A stretch of DNA of 64,000 nt from Mesotaenium endlicherianum (taxonomy: Eukaryota): NCBI GenBank assembly GCA_009602735.1, contig WELA01001939.1:422846-486845 (forward strand), written 5' to 3'. The translations under genes were made by a program, and so were the position numbers. Of this stretch, positions 1-10,273 are shown piece by piece (the first letter of the stretch is position 1; every line of letters starts with the position of its first letter). Below the pieces are notes generated by a model. The model was not told the origin of the DNA and made no database searches. It worked only from the letters and a program-made list of their open reading frames with translations.

Positions 1-243
1 GGGGGGGAGGAGAAGGAGGAGGAGGGGGGCCGAGGTCTGACTCTTGAATCACATGCGCCTCCGAGCCTCCTGAGGCGCCAGCTGGCGGGGTGCTGCCGTC
101 CCCACGTGTCGTGGCGGAGGCGCCTGCGCGTGTGAAGAAGCCCCTCTCTTGCAAACGCCTTGCCCCTCTGAACCACAAGCCCCCCCTCTCCCCCCCTTTT
201 TCTCCCCCCTTCTGCCCTCCGCCCGTCTCCGTTCTCGCCGTAG

Positions 244-627
244 CTCTCGGAAAGAGCGGCTGAGGTACTGACGCGTGGCGCCATGTGGCGCATTGCGATG
301 CAATGTGAGCAGGCGCTCGAAGATGAGGCGAAAGCCGCGTCAGCCAATCAGGGCTCCGGGGCCAACGTCACCTCAGCGGATGGCTGCATCGCCTTGCTGG
401 TGTGCTTTGACCCGTCGACCGGCAGGGTGCTGGGTGGGGGGCCATTTGACGCCCTGCCTGTCTCCATCAGGGCAGTGATGGACCAAGCGCTGCATCTACA
501 GAGGCCCCTGCTGGCGGTCCCCGTCGAGTCCTCCCCTGGCGGTGACGCACAGAAGGCGATCGCCGACGTGGCGGCCGCCCTGCGCCTCGTCCCTGGGCAG
601 GTGGGCGCTGTGTGTGTGTGTGCGCGC

Positions 628-671
<44 letters not shown>

Positions 672-2126
672 ACGCGTGCGTGAGTGCCTGCCCTTCTTCC
701 TAGGCATGCCATTGCATGACATGTCGTTGCGCATGTAGTTTCGTCCCCCCTATCACCCACATGCGTGAGCTCGCGTCTTCTCAGCTCAGCCATGGTGGTG
801 AGTCGAACGACTCGCGGCAGAATTTGCATCAAGCAAGAGAGGGAGAGGGAGACATGAGCGGCCCTGAGGGAAGAGGCTCTGAGGGGGAGGCCCCGATAAG
901 CTTTCTAAGCAAGAGCTATAGCGGAAGTCAGAGGGAGGTGTCCAGCAGGTGCTTGCTTTGCTTGGTTGGTACAGCTGACGAGAAATTGTAGGTTGTAGCC
1001 ACCTGGCTTTGGGGCTTCATGCCTAACTAGGCCCCGGTTGTCTCCAGCACGAGGTTCCAGGAGCCGTCCGCTGAGCGTGTGCGGGGGGAGGGGCTGGAGA
1101 GGCGCTGGCTGGACAGGTGGCAGAGCTGGTGGATGCGCAGGCCGGCAACGGGGAGTCCTACTGGCAGCAGCAGGGCAGCTTGCTGAGTCAGCAGGGAGTT
1201 GCTGTGAGGCCGCTGCCTGTCATGGAGGGGAGCTGGGCCAAGGAGAGGTCGCGCCACCTGGACTCTCTGTGGGCCCGAAGCCTGGCGGGAGAGGTGAGTT
1301 GCGAGCGTGTGTGTTTGGGGGNNNNNNNNNNNNNNNNNNNNNNNNNNNNNNNNNNNNNNNNNNNNNNNNNNNNNNNNNNNNNNNNNNNNNNNNNNNNNNN
1401 NNNNNNNNNNNNNNNNNNNNNNNNNNNNNNNNNNNNNNNNNNNNNNNNNNNNNNNNNNNNNNNNNNNNNNNNNNNNNNNNNNNNNNNNNNNNNNNNNNNN
1501 NNNNNNNNNNNNNNNNNNNNNNNNNNNNNNNNNNNNNNNNNNNNNNNNNNNNNNNNNNNNNNNNNNNNNNNNNNNNNNNNNNNNNNNNNNNGGGGGGGGG
1601 AGGGGGTGAGGGGTGTTCATGTGTGTGTGCTTGGTGGTGGCATGTGGGTGGCAATGCGTTCTTGGTAGCTAGATGTAGAAGTTGAGGAAAGGTTTACTTT
1701 CTCTTTTTGCAAGTGGAGTGTCAATGATGTTCTAGAACTTGGCTTCTTCCGCCTGATGCTTGTGTCCTGGAGCGCATCTCCCAGTACTTAATGGGCGTGA
1801 ATGGCGTGCCCAATGTATGGGTGCGTGATTGGTTCTAAAGAGCTTAGATGGACGCTTCCTGCGTGTGTGTGTGTGGCGACTTGGATCTCCATCTCAGCGG
1901 TCCCAAGACGCATTTGGGTTGCAGCAGCTGCATGCATCTCCTCTGTGCGCCTGCTCCGTTGCTCGTGCGAATGAAGAATAATTTGGTTTTGTTGTCTTAA
2001 CAGGTTCAACTGAGAGTGAGAGTGGAGGCAGAAGAGGAGCAGAGCAAGCGCGCTTTCTGGAGAAGTCCAAAGCAAATAGGAGATATCCAGCTTGCTTATA
2101 CATACATCTCATTTGTCCCTCGCTGA
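244..2126 (+). CDS. 3' part of a spliced protein-coding gene of unknown function (exons 244-600, 1117-1293, 2004-2126; 5' exons lie before the window)
   Basis: AG/GT-bounded exons join in phase 0: LSERAAEV...LVPGQ | VAELVD...SLAGE | VQLRVR...SFVPR*. Donors GTGGGC (601) and GTGAGT (1294); stop TGA 2124-2126. The gap at 1322-1591 could hide another exon. Product not recognised. Confidence 0.55.
609..670. repeat. (GT)n microsatellite just inside an intron
   Basis: Direct reading. Confidence 0.95.
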
Positions 2127-2633
2127 TGATTGGTCATGGTCAGCAGATGCTCAATCGTGTTGCAAGAAGTCAATCGCTTGGCTTGCTGGCACTCGCGGAG
2201 GATCTTAGAAGGTATTGCCAGATGTTGTCAACGTAAATACAATGTGCCTTATGCCCCAAAAAAAAAAAAAAAGAGAGAAGGGGGACAATAGGCTTGAATA
2301 TCATTTATGTTTGGAGCTGACTTGCAATGTGCAGTATTTAGCAATTGTGGCATATGCTTGCTCCTCTGCGTACTGGTTAAAAAAATATTTTGCATTGCTG
2401 TTGTTGTCCTCAAATTTAATGGCCTTTACCTACGATAAACACAAGATGGTACAACCAAGAGTATTAAGCATGCATGTATTCGATCAGCAATGGTACACTC
2501 CATGCACACAGACGTTATTGTAAATAATTGAGCCTTAGGTTGTCACCTAATATTTTCAATAGTTTTTGTTAAATTTTAGGAGCTATAAAGAGCCAGAAAT
2601 TGTACATGTCAATCCAATCAATAACTAACTCCC

Positions 2634-4000
2634 ATCTACTTTTAAGCCTGCAACTTTCATTGAGGACATTCAAGTTGATTTGCAAAAATGTCCTGTGATT
2701 GAGGAGGGACCATTGATATTGTATATTTGATGACTTCGACTCGACCTGTCTTGCTCCCAGTTTCAACTTTCAAACCCTAAACTCTTGATGCTAGCAATTG
2801 AGAGTTGCACAGTCATGACAGACATGTTAAGTATGGCGGTGTCTATTCTTTCTCCCTCGCACTTTTAAAGGGTTATGCAATATTAGTTTAATTGTTTGTG
2901 TAGACCTTGTGTTGCTACTGTTCACTTGGTTTTACTTCCCTTCTTAAGTGACGTCATAAAATAAGCTCTGCTGACCACCTCTGGGGATAGTTGTATATAG
3001 ACAGAAGGATTACTTATGTACATTAACTTAATTAGAAGCAATATACATTTGAACCTTGGTCACTCGAGGCCCCCTCGACAAGTGGACGTCGAAATACGAA
3101 GTACGAGGATGAAGTACGAGATAATTTGCAAGAGCACGTTAATTGGTTACGATGTTCTATGATTTTTACTCGTAATCCTTTCAATTCGCGAAAGCGCACT
3201 CACGCTTAAACCTTCGCTCATTTATTTTTAAAAAGTCTTGCCGACGAGCCAGCTCAAGCCCCAGCTCTGCTCGTAAACTCGAAGATGTGGTCAGCCCGTA
3301 CCACGCCTCTGGCTTGCTCGACCTGGCTGCGCTGGGCTGCTCTATAGCTAGATTGTTTGTTCAGTAAAGCTTTTGATTCTGGTGGTGCCTTTGCGTAGGG
3401 AGAATTAAATGAGGTTGTAAGTCGGAAATCAAGGGTTCCTTGGAGTAACATCTCTTAATTTATCCGTCAGGGTTTGTTGAAGGAATTCTAGACATCATGC
3501 AGAACGCTCCAGGGCAAGAAGGGGCATGGGGTGGAGCAGCAACAGCAGGGACAGCAGGGCTCAGAGGAATGAAGACCTCGTGGAGAGGTGAGTAGTTGTT
3601 CATGTAGCTTAATTCATGATTGCTACACACCTGGCGAGATATTTGCTAGGTCCTGACGTTGTAAGGAAGGGACTTGAACGGGGGTCTGTTTCTTACTTCT
3701 TGCAGTCCAGCTCGCTTGTAAAACCGTTAAATTTATTCTAATTCAGTTTGATTATGAAGCATTTGATCTCTTACTTGCAAGGAATGGGTTGCTTTTGTTC
3801 CGTCTGTGTATGTGATTTCAAAAGAAGCCAGCCTGATGTTGCCCAAGTTTTGCTTGTTTTCTTATGCAAGTCAGTTGTAACAGCTCAAAGTGACTCTTCT
3901 GGTTGAAGTAAGAGCTGGAGTCATATATGTGTAAATTGCAACTTTGTTGTTTCATGTTGGGTCACAATGAGCGATGTTCCTCCTCAAGGGTTATTCATCT
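2634..4000 (+). pseudogene. Degenerate duplicate of the RBP45/47 promoter, exon 1 and start of intron 1
   Basis: Colinear with ~46421-48220. ATG 3497 reads MQNAPGQEGAWGG like 47676, followed by indels and a 62-bp deletion between TGGA microhomologies (47760/47822) that removes most of RRM1 exon-1 coding. Donor retained at 3588 (GTGAGT). Confidence 0.9.
2772..2780 (+). promoter_or_regulatory. Telo-box AAACCCTAA, present only in the duplicated promoter copy
   Basis: 2761-2790 TTTCAACTTTCAAACCCTAAACTCTTGATG versus 46741 TTTTCAACTTTCAAACTTTTGATG. Telo-boxes are typical of plant snoRNA and ribosome-biogenesis promoters; function here untested. Confidence 0.35.
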
Positions 4001-4025
4001 GAGTAAGTCCCTGTAGTATACAGTT

Positions 4026-4159
4026 TAGCTGTGGACGAATGTGCCTCTGGGCTCTTAATTTTGTTCTTGGCTTCTCTGGCGGGGCAGAATGCCACAGGCT
4101 ACGATACAGAGATGGTATGCTTGCTAGTGTGAACCACCTTTGATATGCCTGCCACATTT
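4026..4159 (+). ncRNA. H/ACA-like snoRNA candidate
   Basis: Hairpin TAGCTGTGG...CCACAGGCTA, then a second hairpin TGGTA...TGCCA ending at ACA+3 nt. H box is degenerate. Confidence 0.4.
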
Positions 4160-4510
4160 GAGTGACGGTTTTCACCTTGGCCATCCTTCTTTTCTCATCA
4201 ATGACTAAGGTAGAGAATATATCTGTCTGTCGTCTGCAGGTTGGTTGGTTCGATGGAAGGCCAGACTACTCTAATGAAATTTGAAGGCCTCTTGTGGTGA
4301 TGTTGAAGGTTGGCATTCTCCTCAGGTATGTTGTTGATAGAAACTCGTTATTTCTAGGCTTACTGGATTTTTGTGGTTCTCTTTTGAGTCACAAAGCAGT
4401 GTACTCAGCCTCCCTGAACTAGCCTTTAAGATGTGATGATGATGTAATTGCTGTGGTTCCTCTCTTGTGTAATATTAGCAAGTGGTACCGGTTGCATACG
4501 CCACAATATC

Positions 4511-4642
4511 TCCCAAGTTTTTGTTCACTGTAAGTGGACCTGTGGATTTGGGATCCCCATATGGCGGAAATTCAAAGCAGTTGCAGTTGAGTCGTTACTG
4601 TGACATCGTGATCAGAACAACGAATTTTCAACTGCGACATTC
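4511..4642 (+). ncRNA. H/ACA-like snoRNA candidate
   Basis: Hairpin TCCCAA(4511)...TTGGGA(4553), then hairpin GCAGTTGA(4583)...TCAACTGC(4635) with an internal loop, followed by ACA at 4637. Confidence 0.45.
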
Positions 4643-5125
4643 CGGTGGTTAACCTGTTCAGAATCCGGGCCCTTGGCTAAGCTATGTGGGTTTGACTGGC
4701 TACTTAGCAATCTTTTATCTCATGGTTGTTTTACAGGCTGCCGGGCGTGGTAAGCTCTGTCGAGACCCTGCATAGCTGCGGCGACGAGCAGTGATCACAG
4801 GTGTGCTATTTTCCACTTGGGACTTCGTTCTGTTTGTCTTTGCGGGTCTTCCCACTTGGATCTGGTTTACACAGCGTTGCAAAGTGTTTCTTGTCAGACG
4901 CAGTCAGAGGTTGGTTCTTTGTTTTGGCATGGGTAGTCTTCTATTGTGAGAAGCTAGCAGTCCTATTGCCGTGTCCTGCATTGGTGAGCAATACTGATTC
5001 CTACAATGACATCCTAAATAATGTCTTCAAAGTTTTCAGATCGCCGCCAGCTTTGCCTTCAATGTAGGTTGTTTTTGCAGTGTTGCTGTTGTGCTTGAAA
5101 CGAACAGGTATAAGATTTTGGTGCC

Positions 5126-5193
5126 TTGCCAGTGATGAATATTTATATACTGACCTACATGATGTCTACTATTTAACTCTCTTGCTGAGGCAA
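5126..5193 (+). ncRNA. Box C/D snoRNA, probable LSU rRNA guide
   Basis: Terminal stem TTGCC/GGCAA, box C GTGATGA 5132-5138, D' CTGA 5150, C' ATGATGT 5159, D CTGA 5185. The D guide TTTAACTCTCTT is complementary to the conserved LSU rRNA segment AAGAGAGUUAAA (rRNA sequence from memory). Confidence 0.8.
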
Positions 5194-5199
5194 TTGGCA

Positions 5200-5847
5200 G
5201 TCATGAACTTCACTTTGAACTCTTTTTTTTGTGCGATTTTTGTGAGAGAAGTTTTACCAGGATAGTTTTAGTTCTATTCTGGCCAGCATACTTTCGCTTC
5301 TATTAAGTTGGTTTGTGGGTTTACCTAATGTCCGCAAGCCCGTTCCCAGAAGCTATAGCAATGCGGTTGTGGGGATTGAAGCCCCTCATGGCTATTATGC
5401 TGTCACTGCTCGCTATCCCAGCCCTGCGTCACTTGCTTGTTTCTGGGACGTAAGCGGTGGTATATTCCAATTGTTGGATCGATCCAGTGATATCCATTCT
5501 GATAGGCTTTTTTATTATTGCTCACTGGGCAGATGGTCACCCGCCGACGACGTTTCACATGACGGACAAATTTTGGAGGATTCTGGAGCAACCTTGTTTG
5601 GTGTTTGTCTGCAGCAACTTCCAGGTAGTTTTATAATCACTTGTCCTGGACACCTGAATTTATACTTACGGTCTTAGTACGGGGCAGCATTTCAGGCAGC
5701 CAGCCATGGTGTCAATGCGTGAGCAAGGCGTTCTGCTGCCCCAAGAGCACGTGTAATAACTCTGCCTGTATTTCTGACTAGCTGACAGCCTTGGATTTAC
5801 TACCCTCGGCTGCTTGAAGCTTGTCTCGGGAAAGCAGGGGGACAAAT
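5200..5847 (+). ncRNA. Cluster of several H/ACA-like hairpin pairs in one intron
   Basis: Consecutive stems, e.g. CCAGGATAG/CTATTCTGG, TCCCAG/CTGGGA, CTGGA/TCCAG, GGCAGC(5695)/GCTGCC(5740) followed by H box AGAGCA (5744), and a final hairpin followed by ACA at 5842. Individual boundaries are uncertain. Confidence 0.4.
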
Positions 5848-6121
5848 TACACCCTTCTATAATTAGTGTATGGAAATCATGACTGTTCTGGATGCCGACG
5901 CCTTTCTAGTTGCTGATGGCAGCTGAGCGTGTGACTGAGTATTTCTGGTAGAGCTTTTCGGCTGCACTTTTTGGCTGCAGGTTCTCTTACTGGTTGGAGT
6001 CACGCCGCCACCACCAGTCATGGATGCACACGGATTCTGGATGAAGCAACGGTGAGCATTTCTAAGCCGTGGCTTTTGTGGCAAGCAAAATTCATGTACT
6101 TACATTGAAGGCTGGCTGCCT

Positions 6122-6201
6122 TTTGCGGTGATGATGCTTATAGATCACAATCCTTATCATCTGAGCGCAATCTGATGGCGGAATCTAAGGGTCTGAGCAA
6201 A
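6122..6201 (+). ncRNA. Box C/D snoRNA with two guides (18S and probably LSU rRNA)
   Basis: Stem TTTGC/GCAAA, box C 6128-6134, D' 6161, C' TGATGG 6173, D 6193. The D guide ATCTAAGGGT pairs with 18S GCCCUUAGAU; the +5 rule gives the U equivalent to plant Um1445. The D' guide CAATCCTTATC pairs with LSU GAUAAGGAUUG. Confidence 0.82.
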
Positions 6202-6630
6202 TTGCAGCCATCCCGATATGATCTTGAATATTGCTCAACTTGCAGCTATAAATATCAGCTATAATATTCTATCACGGTCGTTCTTATTGCACCAGGCTGC
6301 TAATGCTGTGCTATCGGTATCCCTGGCAGGTGGTTCCTGAGGTTGGAAGAATATGTGGGACTTGAAGGAGTTGTTGGTTAGCCAAGCCCAGCCAAGCTCT
6401 TGCCTTGTTAGAGGGTTGACAGTGGTGTAGAACTGTGCCTCTAGTTGGGAAGCAATTCAGTTATGCACAGATGACATCATTTTTGTATTTACTTGTGAGA
6501 CCAATTGATTGTGTTTCACATGCTTAAACGTGATTGAAAGTACAGATTTTGTTGTGGGCGTGTACATTCTTCTCCATCACTTTTAGCTGCCTCTCTCGGT
6601 CGCATTTTGATTTGACTAAATATTGCATTA

Positions 6631-6696
6631 GTTGTTAGAGTGATGACCAAGGATTTAAGCGCGCGACACATAACATTCATTCCAGATGAGGGCAAT
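6631..6696 (+). ncRNA. Weak box C/D snoRNA candidate
   Basis: GTGATGA 6640, variant D box ATGA 6686, weak G-U-rich terminal stem. ATTCATTCCAG could pair with 18S UUGGAAUGAGU. Confidence 0.3.
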
Positions 6697-8162
6697 CATG
6701 TTCACTTCACCCACACTCTTGGGCTAGAACTACCAATATCTCGCACATTAACCAACCAGATTCATTGAAAATTATTTGGATAAAAAGTAATACAATCTAA
6801 CTGGCTCCGGTTGTACCCTACAATTTTGCCCTTGCACTAGACCATGAATGGAAAGTGTGTCCATCCTGCCCTTTTATAAAGCGAGCATAATTTGAAAGTG
6901 CCCAGCTTTGACATGCATAGATATAAACTTTATTCAATGCTAATTACACCACAGTGTGTGGTTCCTTCCCCGCACAATCATGGTAATTTAAATAGGGGTC
7001 TTTTCGAACAAAATTGTATCTTTAGGAGCTAGTGCACAATCCTTCCACTTGGGGCGAAGCCTATAACACTAGGTGAGTTGGTCCTTGATGTAGGCAGCCA
7101 CCGCTTGAAAGAACCTGATTCAAATTGTAGGTGCTTGTATACTCTGATATCACATTTCTTGGAGCTTTCTTTTAACTCTACTTAGTAGTCAACTATCAAT
7201 TTCACGTGCAACGAGCAGGTTGGTGTCTTGCGTTAAGAGCTTGGTTGTGCATTAATGGCGTAAGCAATACAAGGCAAGTGAGCAGGCTTTGTTGCAATGA
7301 AGTGTATAATATATATGGCTTCATAACCAAAGAAAGAGGCAAATATGAAATATTCCTATTAAGGAGTTTTAGTTGCTCCTTTGTAATATTGTTGATAGTT
7401 GCCACTACGAGTAGGCATGCGGTAGGTCTTAGATGCTTGCAAGCAAAGAGTGATCTTTGGAAATAAGAAATTTGTACTACTCAAAGTGAGCACCTCAATA
7501 CTGAATATTGGTAAGAGAAGAACTAATGAGGTAAGGCCCAAAAGATCAGCGATAGCACACTGAAAGCATCTTCTTAGAGTAGTCCTTGCAAGGGCTAAAG
7601 CTGTGACTTCTTTCACCACTTGTGAACTTCTTCAAGTGATTGGAAACCAATCGAGGAGAGGCCGGATTGCTCGTCACAAGAGAGACACGTGGCCTTGAAA
7701 ACACGAGCGATAAAAGTGTCAACTTTTATTGATGACTCTGTCCCTCACAATTTTCCATTAAGGACATCCAAAATGCCTCACAAGGGGCATCTCCAAAGCT
7801 TTAAACTCCTGAGAAACCTGCAAGTTTGGCGCGGATTCAATGCATGAAATTACACTTGGAGAGCTTAATTACTTCTACGAATGTGTTTAGTTGATGAACT
7901 AACATTCCTTTAGCCTAGACACAACTTATACCAATCAAAATTAGGTGCAAGAATATGCCTAGAGCTCCTCATTGGCCGAGCTTACCTTGACCACTGTGTA
8001 CTAGATAGTGTCTAAGGAGTGAATATGTACCTGAGGAAGCTTCCCAAAGTTGTAGGTGATGCACTGACCAGATTATAGCTAATTTGAAGCAGTGGTAAGA
8101 TGGAAATGTGAGGTATATGTGCTATGAAGAGCTCACGAACTTAGGTGCGCACAGTAGGCTTC

Positions 8163-8453
8163 TATAATGAATCAGTATATTGGATAGATATATCATGCAT
8201 TTAAATATAATAGTTAAATAAGTTCAACCTGCTGAACTTTACTTAATATTAAGTTTGCTGGATATTTAAGACTTAATTAAATGACTCAGCCGAGAGCAGC
8301 AGGCTGAAGTCAATTAGGTCAGCCTGTTGACTACGTCAGCTTGCTAACACATTCTTTTGACAGTCAGCTGACTGCCGTACTCGGTAGCAGCGAACTGCCT
8401 AGTTATGTATCTAAGTGTGGTGTGCTAGATGAGTGGCCAAATGACACCCTTGA
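8163..8453 (+). mobile_element. 5' fragment of a family B' LTR, interrupted by element A
   Basis: Starts TATAATGAATCAGTAT (TGTAATGAATC in B). Near-identical to 45137-45343. Confidence 0.85.
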
Positions 8454-8992
8454 TGTAGTGATTTGAGTTATTATATGTTAGTTTGCAAATATTTTAATGT
8501 TTCCGAATATATTTGGAGTAGTATTGTGTGGATTCAAGTATGAATAGGTACTCTAGTGACTTGGTTCATGTCCTTTGAACCTTCTAAGGCATTTTCAAAG
8601 TTAGAGGAAAGACCTAGAAGAACTCCACGTGGCAAAAGTCAAATGTGCCATTTTAGGTCAAAAGGACATGTGCACATTATTCTAGAAAGAGGTGGCAAGT
8701 TTTGGGATGTGTTGGGTGCCAACACATCAACACACACCTTCCTATAAATTACTTATGTAGCAAGTACATAAACAAGAGCTAGAACATAGAAAGACATTCC
8801 AGAGCCACTCTTGTACTTGCCAAAATCCAGAAATATATTAACTTTCAAGAAGCCATCTCTCTTTCAAGAAGCTACCACTTGTGTTCAAAGATCCTTGTCT
8901 TGAATAGATAAAGTATTATATTTCACTAAGTACTTTATCTATCTGTTTCACTACAGTGGTATCGGAGCTAGGCACTTTGGTAGCACAAGAAG

Positions 8993-10273
8993 ATGGCCGA
9001 TCCTCAAGACCAACAGCAAGCTTTCGAAGGAGGCCCTTCCTCTCCAAGAGAACCTCCTCCAGCGCCGTTGGGAGAGCCCACTCAAGAAAATTTGCAACAA
9101 CAAGAAGCACAACAAGGAGGAGCACACCCTCCTCTAGCGGCGATGGGAGAGCCCACTCAAGAAAATCTGCAACAACAAGAAGCACCACAAGGAGGAGCAC
9201 CGTCAAATCCCGTGGCAGCCGCTATAGCAAAGTTAACCCCACCACAAGGAGTTCCCGCAAATGAGTGGGCAGCCTTCCTAATGACCGTCCACAACCAAGT
9301 GGGCTTGGCCACCTATGAAGCAACCGTGCAAGCGTCAAGAGAAGCTATGGTTGCCATGGTTGCCCCTATTGCAAGCAATGCTCAAAATCCAGCCCCGGCT
9401 CAAGCGCCTCCACAAGAGCCAACCAGAGCAAGGAAACTCATCAAGCCCGGCAAACCCGACACTTTCAACCCCGGGAAAGGTGCCAGCCTCAATTTATGGC
9501 TCTACCAAGTGGAGACGTACATCGCATTTCTTGAAGTACCCGAGGAGGACTACGTTCTCTTTGCCGCTATCTTACTTAGAGGAGCAGCAACATCATGGTG
9601 GCGTAACTATCAAGCGGCTATATATCAAGCTATGGCGCACCCCATGCTCGGCCAAGAGCCCCCACCATCATATGCAAGATGGGTAGATTTTTGTGAGGCC
9701 CTCAAGAAGCAATTCATGCCCATCAATGCGGAGAAGATTGCCCGAAAAAAGCTCCACCATCTCAAGCAAACGACGTCCGTTCAAGAGTATACATCCAGAT
9801 TTCACGCCCTCACTCTTGAGAACCCCAACATGTCTCTTGAGGAGAAGATTGACCGCTACATCTTTGGCCTCAAGCCCAAGGTGGCAAAGGAAGTGGAATT
9901 ACGCGACTTGACGGACTTCTCAAGGATCATTGAAGTGGCCCAAAAGGTGGATACCTTGGATTTCAAGCACTCCGTGCCTTCATCTTCACGGGTACCGGCG
10001 AGACGGGTGTACGCAACCCCTTCCACATCCGAATCTGGACCCACACCCATGGAAATCGGAGTTATTAAAAGGGACCCCGCGGCTGCTCGGAAGAGTGGAA
10101 GACCCTCCAATGACACTTATGATGCAAGAAACCAGCAAGGAGTGAAAGCAAGACTCTCCCCGGCTGAAAAAGAAGCTCTCATGACGGCTGGACTATGCTT
10201 CTATTGCAAGGAAAAGGGCCATCGTGCACTTTCATGCCCCAAAAAGTTGTCAAAAAACGGACAGCGCCGGTAG
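8993..10273 (+). CDS. gag: Gag of element A
   Basis: 426 aa; retrotransposon gag core, GPTPMEIG motif, zinc knuckle CFYCKEKGHRALSC; in-frame 75-bp tandem duplication 9053-9202. Confidence 0.92.
   Translation: MADPQDQQQAFEGGPSSPREPPPAPLGEPTQENLQQQEAQQGGAHPPLAAMGEPTQENLQQQEAPQGGAPSNPVAAAIAKLTPPQGVPANEWAAFLMTVHNQVGLATYEATVQASREAMVAMVAPIASNAQNPAPAQAPPQEPTRARKLIKPGKPDTFNPGKGASLNLWLYQVETYIAFLEVPEEDYVLFAAILLRGAATSWWRNYQAAIYQAMAHPMLGQEPPPSYARWVDFCEALKKQFMPINAEKIARKKLHHLKQTTSVQEYTSRFHALTLENPNMSLEEKIDRYIFGLKPKVAKEVELRDLTDFSRIIEVAQKVDTLDFKHSVPSSSRVPARRVYATPSTSESGPTPMEIGVIKRDPAAARKSGRPSNDTYDARNQQGVKARLSPAEKEALMTAGLCFYCKEKGHRALSCPKKLSKNGQRR

Larger units (their letters stand above)
3497..6700 (+). ncRNA. 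Putative non-coding snoRNA host gene (exons ~3497-3587, 4240-4325, 4737-4800, 5081-5107, 5981-6051, 6330 onward)
   Basis: Series of short exons with strong TGCAG/TACAG acceptors and GTATG/GTGTG/GTATA/GTGAG donors. The spliced ORF stops after ~41 codons in exon 2. Introns contain snoRNA-like structures. Confidence 0.6.

Noticed and set aside
1027..1685. ORFs spanning N runs (also 12918-13397 and 51000-56900)
   Set aside because: Artefacts of assembly gaps and GC-rich, low-complexity intron sequence.
6720..8160. Possible decayed protein-kinase fragments (FSIKDIQNA, ELLIGR)
   Set aside because: Too short and scattered to support without a blastx search.
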